A stretch of 44,549 bases of DNA, taken from an uncultured Nitrospinaceae bacterium (GTDB lineage: Bacteria > Desulfobacterota > Desulfobacteria > Desulfobacterales > UBA11574). How positions within the stretch are numbered: the stretch's first letter is position 1; each line of letters starts with the position of its first letter. A program made the position numbers and the translations under genes. The notes under the pieces are model-generated. The model was not told the DNA's origin, did not search any database, and saw nothing but the letters and a program-made list of their open reading frames with translations. Below, piece after piece: positions 8,729-18,415 of this stretch. Location: positions 1-44,549 of the forward strand of contig CAXMTB010000006.1 in assembly GCA_964195835.1 (NCBI GenBank), read 5' to 3'.

Positions 8729-9652
8729 TTATCCAGCCGTAATATGCAACCACATGGAAAATGTTGCAGCAGACAATATGGTACATGAGGAAATTGCTGC
8801 CACGGCAAAATCAGTATCGCCGTCCATTTCTTTTGCCATAACATAGGTTAAAGTGGCTGTCGGTGATGCCAGAAGAATAAGGCCTGGTAGATAGTCATGC
8901 AGTTTTATATCGAACAAACGGTAAAAGATAATACCCAACCCCGGAAGCAGAACCAGCTTCAAAAAACTTGAAGATAATATTCTAAACATCCTTAACTGCA
9001 TCAATTTAAAAGACAAAGAAGCCCCAATGAGGATTAAAGCCATAGGGAGTGCGAGTCCACTTAAAATATCCAGACTCCTGCTGATAACCAGCGGTAACTT
9101 TAGCCCTGTAGAAGAAAATAGAATGCCTGCCAGTGCCGAAAGAATCACGGGGTTGCCCAGTATTCTTAATACGACATCTCGTTTGTTTTTTGAGGTTGAA
9201 GCATCGTCAGAATTGAATTGAAGGGCTACCACTGCAAGAAAATTTTGTAATATCATGATAAAGCCGGCAATGATACTGGCCCTCACAAATCCATCATTGC
9301 CGAGAGAATAATATGCCACAGCAAGACCGATATATCCCAGATTCCCATGAAAAGAGGCCTGAATAAATGTCCCCAGTTCTCCTTTTTTGATACGCCAGAT
9401 CAAACCCACACACCATGCCACAGCAAAAACAGCTAAAACGGATAAAAGTGTGATTAAAATGACGGTGACATCAAACTGGGTCCTTAAGGACGCTTTGGAG
9501 ATCGCGTGAAAAATCATGGCAGGGATTGCCAGATAATAGACCAACCGGTTTGCCGGGCCTAAAAATTCCGGCTGAATAAATCCTTTAATCCGGACAAACC
9601 ATCCAAGGGTTATTACGGCAAATATCGGAATTATCGTCGTTGCAATATTCAT
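8729..9652 (-). CDS. AEC-family (auxin efflux carrier/malate permease-like) transporter
   Basis: About 10 hydrophobic segments; NRLVYYLAIPAMIF, GNLGYIGL, NPVI, LPMALILIG, PTA motifs. Confidence 0.9.
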   Translation of the reverse strand: MNIATTIIPIFAVITLGWFVRIKGFIQPEFLGPANRLVYYLAIPAMIFHAISKASLRTQFDVTVILITLLSVLAVFAVAWCVGLIWRIKKGELGTFIQASFHGNLGYIGLAVAYYSLGNDGFVRASIIAGFIMILQNFLAVVALQFNSDDASTSKNKRDVVLRILGNPVILSALAGILFSSTGLKLPLVISRSLDILSGLALPMALILIGASLSFKLMQLRMFRILSSSFLKLVLLPGLGIIFYRLFDIKLHDYLPGLILLASPTATLTYVMAKEMDGDTDFAVAAISSCTILSAATFSMWLHITAG

Positions 9653-9801
9653 AAGATACGGTCATAGAGTATTCGTAACACTTTAGCCTTTTGAAAACAT
9701 TGCCGCTTCAGGTATAATAGATTTTCCCAGCCTATCTTATTTTATTGGCGCTAATAAAAATTAAGGGGCGAAACTAAAGGAACAGCGATCAACTTACTTT
9801 C

Positions 9802-9830
9802 TTGACTTTCAACCATCTGACGCCTACACT
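9802..9830 (+). promoter_or_regulatory. Putative sigma70 promoter for the ThiF-family gene
   Basis: TTGACT-N17-TACACT. Confidence 0.55.
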
Positions 9831-9909
9831 TTATTCGATATCTGGAACCTCGAAGCTTCTATTTTTATAGTGTTTTTCCGAAAGTTACAAGTTATATTAA
9901 TAAACGAGA

Positions 9910-10187
9910 CAGAGTAAACGCATTTGACTTCGGTCCAGCGAAGCGACGGCGTTTTTCTCTTGGAAACCGACTGACTGTTTGAAGGGCTTTAGCACGCGTT
10001 AGCCCGAGCCGAACGAAATTATGACTTAAAAAAAATCAATAGGATATTTTAGCAACGAATTGTTCTTTATAACTCTGGCACGGCTCGGACTTACGGGTGC
10101 TTAAGCACAAGTTTCAGTCGGTTGTAAAGAGATATACGCCGTCGTGGAGCGCTCTCACTGTCTTGGGATTCAAATGCGCTTACCCTG
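9910..10187. mobile_element. MITE-like element, family A copy 1 (278 bp)
   Basis: 18-bp TIRs CAGAGTAAACGCATTTGA / TCAAATGCGCTTACCCTG (16/18); flanks ATAAACGAGA (9900-9909) and TTAAACGAGG (10188-10197), 8/10 identical; second copy at 12033; no transposase. Confidence 0.8.
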
Positions 10188-10205
10188 TTAAACGAGGAGT
10201 ATCAT

Positions 10206-11063
10206 GTGAAAAATGATATTATCAACAAAGTCAAAGAGCTTTCCGTTAGAAAAAAGTTCCCCGACGGTTCTTTGTATACCAGTATCTCTATTGAACATAT
10301 AATAAATCTCTCAGATTTTTTTCAACTCAGCGGACGTCACATTGAAATTACAGCCCTTGATGAAAACATTATTCCTGAACATTATGTCCGTAACATGAAA
10401 ACATTTTCACCAAAGGATCAGTCGATTCTATTAAGTTCACGGGCAAGCATCGTCGGTCTAGGGGGACTGGGCGGTGCTGTAACTGAAATTCTCGCTCGCA
10501 TTGGAATCGGCACACTTACACTGATTGAAGCCGACACATTCGAAGAAAGTAACCTGAACCGGCAATTTTTAAGCACACATCGCCTTCTTGATACATCAAA
10601 AACCAAAGCCGCCATTAAAAGGGTCCGTGATATAAATCCGACGATTACTGTTGAGGGGCATAACGAATTGCTCGACCATAACAATGCAGCAAGCCTAACT
10701 GAAAATTCAGATGTCATTGTTGACTGCCTTGACAATATACAAACTCGATTTTTTCTGGAAAGCGCCGCAAAAAAGGTCGGATCACCTCTTGTCTCTGCTG
10801 CGGTTGCAGGAGTCTACGGGCATGTCATCAGCATCTTTCCTGAAGACAAGGGGTTAAAGCTAATATACGGTGATTCAGATATTCTACCACAGAAAGGGGT
10901 CGAGACTTCATTGGGTTGCTTACCGCATGCTGTCACACTCCTTGCAGCTCTGGAAACTTCCGAAGTTGTAAAAATACTTTTAAAAAAAGGATCTGTCTTA
11001 AAAAACAAGCTGTGTATAATAGATCTGATGGATAATATTTTTGAAGTCCTGGATTTACTTTAA
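10206..11063 (+). CDS. ThiF/MoeB/HesA-family adenylyltransferase
   Basis: VGLGGLGG, DTFEESNLNRQ, DCLDN motifs; GTG start with SD GAGGAG. Confidence 0.9.
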   Translation: MKNDIINKVKELSVRKKFPDGSLYTSISIEHIINLSDFFQLSGRHIEITALDENIIPEHYVRNMKTFSPKDQSILLSSRASIVGLGGLGGAVTEILARIGIGTLTLIEADTFEESNLNRQFLSTHRLLDTSKTKAAIKRVRDINPTITVEGHNELLDHNNAASLTENSDVIVDCLDNIQTRFFLESAAKKVGSPLVSAAVAGVYGHVISIFPEDKGLKLIYGDSDILPQKGVETSLGCLPHAVTLLAALETSEVVKILLKKGSVLKNKLCIIDLMDNIFEVLDLL

Positions 11064-11948
11064 TCCGGCAATAAACCGAATCATCTGACCGATTACCATG
11101 GAGATAATCTCTTTTGGCATAAAACCCTCAGGCATCCATTCCATAACCGTGTCTGTTATCTCCTTTGTACTCTTGTTAATATCTTTCGTTTTCGCGTAAG
11201 ATGCTTCCAGAATACTCCTGGTTTCCATGGCGGCATCCATGGATCTTTGTAAAAAATGTCTGCCGTCGCTGCCGGTCCTTGCCCCAAAGTGTTCGGTAAG
11301 ATAAACCTCGATTTCATACCGGGCCATCTTTTGAAGGCTCTCTTGGTACTTGTCAAAATTTGAATTGGCGGCTGTAAATATCTTATCCCCAAAAGGGATG
11401 CCCCCTGCATCGGAAGCAAACATCGCTTTTTCTTGGGGCACATATATTGCAATTGAACACGAAGAATGACCCGGGACCTCCATCACTTCCATTGACAGAT
11501 CATCACAACTAAGGATATCTCCATCTTTTACAACATCATCAATATTAATTCTGCCAAACTCAATCCAAATATCTTTGTCCTGTTTTACCAGTTTATGTTC
11601 AGTCAATAGTATTTGATTTAAAGATGAAATGCTTTCCATAACTTTAGGCTTATTCAAAAGTTCTTTTGCCCTTGCCGATGCCGTTATTGATACCCAGGGC
11701 CATCGCCTTTTAAAAAAAGAGACGATTCCACAATGGTCAAAATGGGAATGGAGTATGATGATCCGTTTTATCTTTTTTTCTTCTATGTTAAAGCTTTTCA
11801 GTTGTTTTATAATATCAGGAACAATGTAAGCCAATCCGCCCCCGAGCAGAGCAAATTCTTCTGCACCTTTTAAAAGATAAACACATGATTCTTTTCGTCC
11901 AAGAAATAAAATCCTGTCCGTAACGAAACCTGGTTCTTCTATAATCAT
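11055..11948 (-). CDS. Metallo-beta-lactamase-fold hydrolase
   Basis: HSHFDHCG, PGHS, ASDA, TEH motifs. Likely start ATG 11948 (MIIEEPG, SD GAGGG); the longer ORF-track start lies inside the MITE. Confidence 0.85.
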   Translation of the reverse strand: MIIEEPGFVTDRILFLGRKESCVYLLKGAEEFALLGGGLAYIVPDIIKQLKSFNIEEKKIKRIIILHSHFDHCGIVSFFKRRWPWVSITASARAKELLNKPKVMESISSLNQILLTEHKLVKQDKDIWIEFGRINIDDVVKDGDILSCDDLSMEVMEVPGHSSCSIAIYVPQEKAMFASDAGGIPFGDKIFTAANSNFDKYQESLQKMARYEIEVYLTEHFGARTGSDGRHFLQRSMDAAMETRSILEASYAKTKDINKSTKEITDTVMEWMPEGFMPKEIISMVIGQMIRFIAGLK

Positions 11949-12032
11949 CTTTCCCTCACTTGACAAAACGTCATGTTCATAGTTTATTCTGACAGGCTTA
12001 TTTAGTTTGTCAAGAATAAGGACCTTATTTGC

Positions 12033-12309
12033 CGGAACAAACACATTTGATTTCGGTGCAGCGAAGCGACGGCGTGTTTCTCTTGGAAACCGAATGACTG
12101 TTTGAAGGGCTTTAGCACGCGTTAGCCCGAACCGAATGAAATGATGACTTAAACAAACAATAGGATAATTTAGCGATTAATTAATCTAAATAACTCTGGC
12201 TCGGCTCGGGCTTACGGGTGCTAAAGCACAAGTTTCAGTCGGTTGGAAAGAGATACATGCCGTCGTGGAGCGTCCTTTTGTGTATTGGGATTCAAATGCG
12301 TTGGCCCTG
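12033..12309. mobile_element. MITE-like element, family A copy 2 (277 bp)
   Basis: Colinear with 9910-10187 in the same orientation; decayed TIRs (13/18); flanks CCTTATTTGC (12023-12032) and CCCCATTTAC (12310-12319), 7/10 with only transitions. Confidence 0.75.
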
Positions 12310-12320
12310 CCCCATTTACA

Positions 12321-13145
12321 ATGAAAAAAAACCTCAAAGAAAAAAAGAATATCTTTTCTCGAACATTTCATGTGCAAACTGCCGGCTGTCAACTCAGGGT
12401 TAAACGCATTGAACCTGAACCTGCAACACTTTTAAAGGATCGCCCCACTCTTGTTTTTCTTCATGAGGGCCTCGGCTGTATCGAGATCTGGCGGGATTTC
12501 CCGGAAACGCTCTGTGAGTCTCTCGGTTGCTCCGGGTTGGTTTACGACCGAAGAGGTTACGGCGGTTCCGAAATGTTTGAAGGCCCATGGCCGGTTGATT
12601 ATCTAGAGATTGAATCTTTAACATACTTACCTGAACTGTTAAAGGAATGCGACATAGATAATGCCGTTTTCATCGGACATAGCGATGGGGGAACCATCGC
12701 ACTAATCACCGCCGCATCTCACAGCAACCTGGTGCGCGGGATTATTACAGAAGCAGCACACATCTTTGTTGAACAAATAACCATCGAAGGTATTCGCAGT
12801 GCGGTTGAAGCTTTTGAAACCACATCTTTAAAAGAAAAGTTTTTCCGGTATCACAAAGAACATACGGAAACGATTTTCTACCGGTGGGCCAAGAGGTGGC
12901 TCTCACCTGAATTTTCCAACTGGAATATTCAAAAAGACCTTTCAAAAATAACATGTCCGGTCCTTGTTCTCCAGGGTGAAGATGATGCGTATGGAACCTC
13001 TGCCCAGGTCGAAGGTATCGCCAGCCAAGTATCCGGACCGGTGCGTGTCAAACTCATCCCTGACTGCGGCCACACGCCTCATTTTCAGGCCAAAGACACC
13101 GTCATTTCAGAAATGACGCGATTTATCAGGGAAATTTTTCTATGA
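12321..13145 (+). CDS. Alpha/beta hydrolase
   Basis: FLHEGLG, YDRRGYGGS, GHSDGG nucleophile elbow, QGEDDAYG, CGHTPH. Likely start ATG 12321; the ORF-track start at 12243 is inside the MITE. Confidence 0.88.
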   Translation: MKKNLKEKKNIFSRTFHVQTAGCQLRVKRIEPEPATLLKDRPTLVFLHEGLGCIEIWRDFPETLCESLGCSGLVYDRRGYGGSEMFEGPWPVDYLEIESLTYLPELLKECDIDNAVFIGHSDGGTIALITAASHSNLVRGIITEAAHIFVEQITIEGIRSAVEAFETTSLKEKFFRYHKEHTETIFYRWAKRWLSPEFSNWNIQKDLSKITCPVLVLQGEDDAYGTSAQVEGIASQVSGPVRVKLIPDCGHTPHFQAKDTVISEMTRFIREIFL

Positions 13146-14535
13146 TGGCCTTTGCAGGTATCAGCCCGGTAGCGCCGGCTGATACAATATTTCCAGCCAC
13201 ACCCGGTCCGTCCCCGGCGACGTACATCCCAGGAATCTTTGTTTCCAGCTCGCTGGTTGTATCAACCTGTGTAGCAAAAAACTTAATCTCAGGTGCGTAA
13301 AGGAGTGTTTCGTCATTGGACACTCCTGGAACAACGCGGTTAAGTTTATCCAAACCTTCAATAATGTTGGTTAAAATTCTCTCTGGCAAGGCCATGGCAA
13401 TATCACCACAGACCACACCGGTCAGTGTCGGCTCGATGTAGCCTTTTTTGACTCGATGCCATGTGCTGCGCCTTCCGCGCTTGAGATCACCAAAGCGCTG
13501 CAGTATGGGTTTGCCCCCGCCAATCAAAGTGGCGAGGTTCCCAATGGATTCACCGTATGCTTGATTGTCTGTTACGGGTTCGGTGAGGATCACCTTGGAC
13601 AAAAATGCGAAGTTGGTATTCTCAGATTTCTTGTGCTGATATGAATGGCCGTTGACGCAGACAAAGTTAGTGTAATTTTCTAAAGAAACAAACCCGCCTT
13701 TATTGGTACAAAATGTCCGGGTCTGATCATCATATTTTGATGTCTGTATAAAAAAAGTGGGGTCATAAATTACATCACAAAGATCTTGCATGATATCTTT
13801 GTGAACCTCAACACGTATGCCAACTTCAATGCCTCTTTGCTTGAGTCCGATCCCGTATTTTTGTGCCAGTTTTCCAACCCAGTCAGCCCCAACACGTCCG
13901 GGTGCCAGGATAATGTTGTTGGAAAGGTATTTTTTTCTGCTGGTCACCACACCTTTTACTCGTCCATTTTCCACAATGATGTCCTTTACTTCCTCAGACG
14001 TGTGCAAGGTCACCCCTTTGGACTTGATGTAATCAGTCATATTTGAAATATATCCGGGCAAGCATTCGCTGCCAAGATGTTTCTGTTTGATAATAAGCAG
14101 ATCAATTCCATACCGCTTGGCCCTTTTACGGATGTTTTTAGCTTCTTCCATATCCGTCGGATAGACCATGCTATCCATGCCGAATCTGTTGAATATCTGT
14201 TCTGTCTCATCAATAAGCACCTGGGCCTGGCGTATCGACATAAACTGTGTTAGATCGGTCTTTCCTAATTTGTGGATAAAGTTTAGCTTACCGTCTGAAA
14301 ATAGACCTGCCCCACCGACACCGCACAAAATATTACACGGTCGACATTTCATGCATTTCTTATTCTTACTCATCGGGCATCTGCGCTTTAAAGGACCTTT
14401 CCCTTTTTCAACAATAAGAACATTGAGATTGGAGTGTTCACAAAGATAAAACGCTGCAAATAGTCCGGCAGGACCACCCCCGACAATAATGACATCATAT
14501 TTATTGCTCTTTAATGTTGTTTTGGACGCGGACAT
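13126..14535 (-). CDS. Uncharacterised NAD(P)/FAD-dependent oxidoreductase (COG2509-like)
   Basis: VGGGPAG, Cys-rich CP..CMKCRPCNILCGVGGAGLFSDGKLN, RTFCTN, VNGHS, YAPEIKF, AGDGPG. Confidence 0.85.
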   Translation of the reverse strand: MSASKTTLKSNKYDVIIVGGGPAGLFAAFYLCEHSNLNVLIVEKGKGPLKRRCPMSKNKKCMKCRPCNILCGVGGAGLFSDGKLNFIHKLGKTDLTQFMSIRQAQVLIDETEQIFNRFGMDSMVYPTDMEEAKNIRKRAKRYGIDLLIIKQKHLGSECLPGYISNMTDYIKSKGVTLHTSEEVKDIIVENGRVKGVVTSRKKYLSNNIILAPGRVGADWVGKLAQKYGIGLKQRGIEVGIRVEVHKDIMQDLCDVIYDPTFFIQTSKYDDQTRTFCTNKGGFVSLENYTNFVCVNGHSYQHKKSENTNFAFLSKVILTEPVTDNQAYGESIGNLATLIGGGKPILQRFGDLKRGRRSTWHRVKKGYIEPTLTGVVCGDIAMALPERILTNIIEGLDKLNRVVPGVSNDETLLYAPEIKFFATQVDTTSELETKIPGMYVAGDGPGVAGNIVSAGATGLIPAKAIIEKFP

Positions 14536-14570
14536 ATTGTTCTCCTATTATCAAAAGTTTCCTATTATCT

Positions 14571-14858
14571 TATAGCAAATGTCATAAATATGTTCCGATT
14601 GAATCGCTTCCTGCAACAATTTGACTTAAGCCGCCGGATGATTTCGTTTAGGTCGGGAAGCTGTCTAAGCAAATTAGAACGCGTTAAAGAGAACATCCTT
14701 GAAGTGTTTCATATTAGATAATAAAATCAATCTATTGCACTATATTGTAAAAAACCGTAGCCTTGTTCTCTTTTACGCGTTTTTATTTGCGAGTTCTTGC
14801 CAACCTAAACGAAATTATCCGGCGACGGAAACGGAACGTTATTTTGAAAATAACTATA
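14571..14858. mobile_element. Long palindromic MITE-like element, family B (~288 bp)
   Basis: Imperfect terminal IR 14571-14597/14832-14858 (19/27); stem 14630-14660/14796-14826 (27/31); stem 14669-14695/14764-14790 (24/27); 68-nt AT-rich loop. Single copy in the window, so mobility is inferred. Confidence 0.6.
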
Positions 14859-14893
14859 TATTTTACTTGAGCGTAAACAAAATGTCGACAAAT

Positions 14894-14926
14894 AAAAAAA
14901 GCCTTGTCGCTTCGGACAAGGCTTTT
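14894..14926 (-). terminator. Intrinsic terminator of the alpha operon
   Basis: AAAAAAA-GCCTTGTC-GCTTCG-GACAAGGC-TTTT; U7 tract on the minus strand, downstream of rplQ. Confidence 0.85.
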
Positions 14927-14957
14927 AAAAATATACGTTGCTGATAAAAGATTCGAG

Positions 14958-15677
14958 TTAGGCTTCTGACTCGGTATCTTTTGTTTTTTCGGGGGGCTTT
15001 TTCACTTCTGTTTCTTCTGATTCAGCCGATTCCAAAGTCTCATCTCCGGCTATTCCTTCCGCATCTTCAGAAATTGTATCGGATTCCAACAATGCCGCCT
15101 TGCCATCAGACTTAACCTGTTCTACTTTTGTCTCGTCCTTCTCCTCTACGACCGCTGGTTTTTCTTCTTCATCGGCTTTTTTCTTTTCAATATCTTCTTC
15201 TAAAGCCTTCTTTTTTTCTACGGATTTCTCTTCTTTAATCTCTTTTTTCTTGTCGGCGCTCTTTTTATCTATTGGAACCTTAGCCTTCTTTTTCTTTTTT
15301 ATTTTTTTCTTTTTGTCATCTACGGATAAGACCAGCTCAATCAATGAAATGGGGGCGGCATCGCCCGGTCGCCTTCCAAGCTTAACAATTCGGGTGTAAC
15401 CTCCTGATCTATCTCCATAGTGTTCGGCGGCTTCAGCAAAGAGTTTATGAACAACTTCTTTTTCCCTGACAATGGAAAGCGCCTGTCGCCTGGCATGAAG
15501 GTCACCCCGTTTTGCCAGCGTAATTAAATTATCGGCCCACCGTCTTAATTCTTTTGCTTTGACGTCTGTTGTACGAATACGTTGATGTTTGAAAAGTGAG
15601 GTCACCATATTTCTGAACATGGCGTCCCGGTGACTGCTCGTTCTATTTAATTTTAAACCCGCTTTTCGATGTCTCAT
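14958..15677 (-). CDS. rplQ: 50S ribosomal protein L17 with long charged C-terminal extension
   Basis: [17 protein letters not shown]...[18 protein letters not shown]; follows rpoA. Confidence 0.97.
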   Translation of the reverse strand: MRHRKAGLKLNRTSSHRDAMFRNMVTSLFKHQRIRTTDVKAKELRRWADNLITLAKRGDLHARRQALSIVREKEVVHKLFAEAAEHYGDRSGGYTRIVKLGRRPGDAAPISLIELVLSVDDKKKKIKKKKKAKVPIDKKSADKKKEIKEEKSVEKKKALEEDIEKKKADEEEKPAVVEEKDETKVEQVKSDGKAALLESDTISEDAEGIAGDETLESAESEETEVKKPPEKTKDTESEA

Positions 15678-16705
15678 TAGACTAATTGCTCTCCTTCCTC
15701 TGTATCTTCCTCGAACGGCTCAAATCCTTCCAGCTTCATTCCAAGAGAAAGGTCCATTTCGCTGAGTACTTCTTTAATCTCATTTAAAGATTTTCTTCCA
15801 AAGTTTTTGGTTTTGAGCATCTCTGGCTCTGTTTTACTTACCAACTGATAAAGTTTTACAATGTTTGCGTTTTTAAGGCAGTTGGCACTGCGAACAGAAA
15901 GCTCAAGTTCTTCAACGCTTCTATAAAGATTCTCATTAAATTTAGGCTTTTCTTTTACCTCAGTCTTTCTGACAGGCTCCGGCTCAAGCTGTTCATCAAA
16001 ATTGATAAAAATCGTCATCTGCTCCTTCAATATTTTAGAAGCATAAGCCACTGCATCCTCAGGCAGAATACTTCCGTCCGTCCAGACCTCAAGGGTTAGT
16101 TTGTCATAATCCGTTCTCTGACCGACACGAGCATTCCCCACCACGTATGTTACACGTTTAATCGGTGAAAAAACAGCATCAACCGGTATTGTGCCCAGAG
16201 GTGCTTCTTCATCTTTATTTGCTTCTGACAATGAATAGCCTTTACCTGTATTTACGGTCATATTCATCATTAATTTTGCTTTATCTGAAAGTGTTGCAAT
16301 ATGTTGTTCGGGGTTCAACACTTCACATCTTCCATCTTCGCTGATGATATCGCCTGCAGTAACCTCCCTCTTTCCTTCCAGATCAATTCTAACTGTTTTG
16401 GGTTCAGAATCAGCAAGTTTGAAACGGACCTCCTTTAAATTTAGGATAATCTCGGACACATCTTCATATATACCTGAAATAACACTGAATTCGTGCATAA
16501 CACCTTCAAACTTTACGGATGTTATAGCAGCACCGTATAGAGAGGAAAGAATTATCCTTCTTAATGAATTTCCGATTGTTATACCAAATCCCCTTTCAAG
16601 AGGTTCACAAACAAACTTTCCATAGCTGGGTTTGCTAGTTACCTGAACCTTTTTTGGCCTTATCATTTCTCGCCAGTTCATGTACATAAGTTCATTTGAT
16701 GTCAT
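15677..16705 (-). CDS. rpoA: RNA polymerase alpha subunit
   Basis: [45 protein letters not shown]. Confidence 0.98.
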   Translation of the reverse strand: MTSNELMYMNWREMIRPKKVQVTSKPSYGKFVCEPLERGFGITIGNSLRRIILSSLYGAAITSVKFEGVMHEFSVISGIYEDVSEIILNLKEVRFKLADSEPKTVRIDLEGKREVTAGDIISEDGRCEVLNPEQHIATLSDKAKLMMNMTVNTGKGYSLSEANKDEEAPLGTIPVDAVFSPIKRVTYVVGNARVGQRTDYDKLTLEVWTDGSILPEDAVAYASKILKEQMTIFINFDEQLEPEPVRKTEVKEKPKFNENLYRSVEELELSVRSANCLKNANIVKLYQLVSKTEPEMLKTKNFGRKSLNEIKEVLSEMDLSLGMKLEGFEPFEEDTEEGEQLV

Positions 16706-16809
16706 TATAAATTCTCCAATTTTTTTAAAAGGAATATCGGCAGGATATATGAATGATATATGAAATTACGACTGTCCCGCAGTCCATATATTACATCCTT
16801 TATCTTCAA

Positions 16810-17439
16810 CTACTTAGAATAAAGCTCTACTATAAGTTGTTCCTGAATAGGTGTTGTTATATCTTCACGAGAAGGAAACTCTTTTACTATTCCTTTCATG
16901 TTCTCTTTTTCTAAGTCAAGCCACTGCGGAATACCTCTTCGTACCACAGCATCAAGTGCACCTTCTAGGGCCTGAATCTTACGGCTCTTTTCTCGGACTT
17001 CAACAACATCCCCGATTTTAATAAGATATGATGGAATATTAACTTTTTTGCCATTAATCAGAAAGTGACTGTGCCGTACAAAGTGTCGACTTTGAGCTCG
17101 AGAATTAACAAATCCCAATCGATAAACAACATTGTCAAGTCTGCGTTCCAAAAATACCAAAAGATTTGTACCGGTAATGCCTTTCTGATCATCTGCTCTT
17201 TCAAAAAATAGGTGGAACTGTTTTTCTGAAAGACCGTACATCCGTTTTACTTTCTGTTTTTCTCTAAGCTGAATCCCGTAATCTGATATTTTTCTGCCGC
17301 GGCGTTGCCCGTGCTGACCCGGTGGATAACCGCGTCGATCGAAAGCACATTTATCCGAATAACAGCGGTCTCCCTTAAGAAACAATTTTAAGTTTTCGCG
17401 CCGGCATATCCGGCATACTGAACCTGTATATCGAGCCAA
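16810..17439 (-). CDS. rpsD: 30S ribosomal protein S4
   Basis: [41 protein letters not shown]; TTG start. Confidence 0.98.
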   Translation of the reverse strand: MARYTGSVCRICRRENLKLFLKGDRCYSDKCAFDRRGYPPGQHGQRRGRKISDYGIQLREKQKVKRMYGLSEKQFHLFFERADDQKGITGTNLLVFLERRLDNVVYRLGFVNSRAQSRHFVRHSHFLINGKKVNIPSYLIKIGDVVEVREKSRKIQALEGALDAVVRRGIPQWLDLEKENMKGIVKEFPSREDITTPIQEQLIVELYSK

Positions 17440-17558
17440 GTATTCCTCCTTAGTCTTTTATTTGTGAATTTGATTATCTTAGTGCCAAAAAGTTCAAGAA
17501 ATTATTATTCCCTTATCACAAATAATTGAACATTTTCGACCATTAAATCTTCTACTAA

Positions 17559-17945
17559 TTAAACCCTTCTTCGCTTGGGTGGTCGACAACCATTATGCGG
17601 TATGGGCGTTACATCCTTAATCATTACAATGTTAAATCCTGCAGCCTGGAGCGATCGAAGAGCGGATTCCCGTCCGGAACCCGGGCCTTTAACGTACACC
17701 TCTACATTTTTCATCCCGTGTTCCATTGCCTTTCTAGCAGCATCCTCCGCTGCGACCTGAGCAGCAAATGGTGTGCTCTTTCGTGATCCTTTAAAACCCT
17801 GGACCCCCGAACTCGACCAGGCAACGACATTACCCGAAGGGTCTGTAATTGTCACGATCGTATTGTTAAAAGTCGACTGAATATGTACGATACCAGTTGG
17901 TATATTTTTCTTTTCTTTTCGTTTGGTTCGAACTTTTTTTGCCAT
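17559..17945 (-). CDS. rpsK: 30S ribosomal protein S11
   Basis: [30 protein letters not shown]. Confidence 0.98.
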   Translation of the reverse strand: MAKKVRTKRKEKKNIPTGIVHIQSTFNNTIVTITDPSGNVVAWSSSGVQGFKGSRKSTPFAAQVAAEDAARKAMEHGMKNVEVYVKGPGSGRESALRSLQAAGFNIVMIKDVTPIPHNGCRPPKRRRV

Positions 17946-18015
17946 GGTTTATGCTCCTGACAAGCGATTCGTTATCCATCATTGATCATTATCAAATCTA
18001 ATAACAAATAATTTT

Positions 18016-18399
18016 TTATTTTTTTCTAATGCCACCCTTCTTCTTGACAGCTGATCTTCTGGGTCCTTTTCGAGTTCGTGCGTTTGTACTTGTCCGCTGT
18101 CCACGCACCGGCAGTGACTTTCGATGGCGAAGACCTCGGTATGCTCCAAGATCCATCAATCTTTTAATATTCATTGAAACTTCGGTACGAAGTTCTCCTT
18201 CAACTTTATAATCTTTATCAATTAACTTGCGGATACTGTTTATCTCAGATTCTGACAAATCATCTGTGTTTGTATCAGCTTTAATATTAAGTTGTTGGAG
18301 TATGCGCTTTGAAATACTTGGACCGATACCATAAATATATGTAAGTCCCACCTCAATTCGTTTGCGTCTCGGCAAATCCACTCCTGCAATTCTTGCCAA
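18016..18399 (-). CDS. rpsM: 30S ribosomal protein S13
   Basis: TTG start at 18399 ([10 protein letters not shown]) after SD GGAGG; [17 protein letters not shown]. Confidence 0.97.
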   Translation of the reverse strand: MARIAGVDLPRRKRIEVGLTYIYGIGPSISKRILQQLNIKADTNTDDLSESEINSIRKLIDKDYKVEGELRTEVSMNIKRLMDLGAYRGLRHRKSLPVRGQRTSTNARTRKGPRRSAVKKKGGIRKK

Positions 18400-18415
18400 A
18401 GCTAATCCTCCTTTT

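Noticed and set aside
9986-10106. Integron attC site (GTTAGCC and TAAC present)
   Set aside because: The order is reversed relative to RYYYAAC...GTTRRRY on both strands, and there is no integrase or cassette array.
9910-12309. Composite transposon made of two MITE copies carrying the ThiF and MBL genes
   Set aside because: The outer flanks (ATAAACGAGA vs CCCCATTTAC) do not match, and each copy has its own duplication, indicating independent insertions.
14630-14826. 6S RNA
   Set aside because: Similar length, but it has a 68-nt terminal loop rather than a large central bubble, lacks the usual zapA/ygfA context, and shares its core with the repeated MITE.
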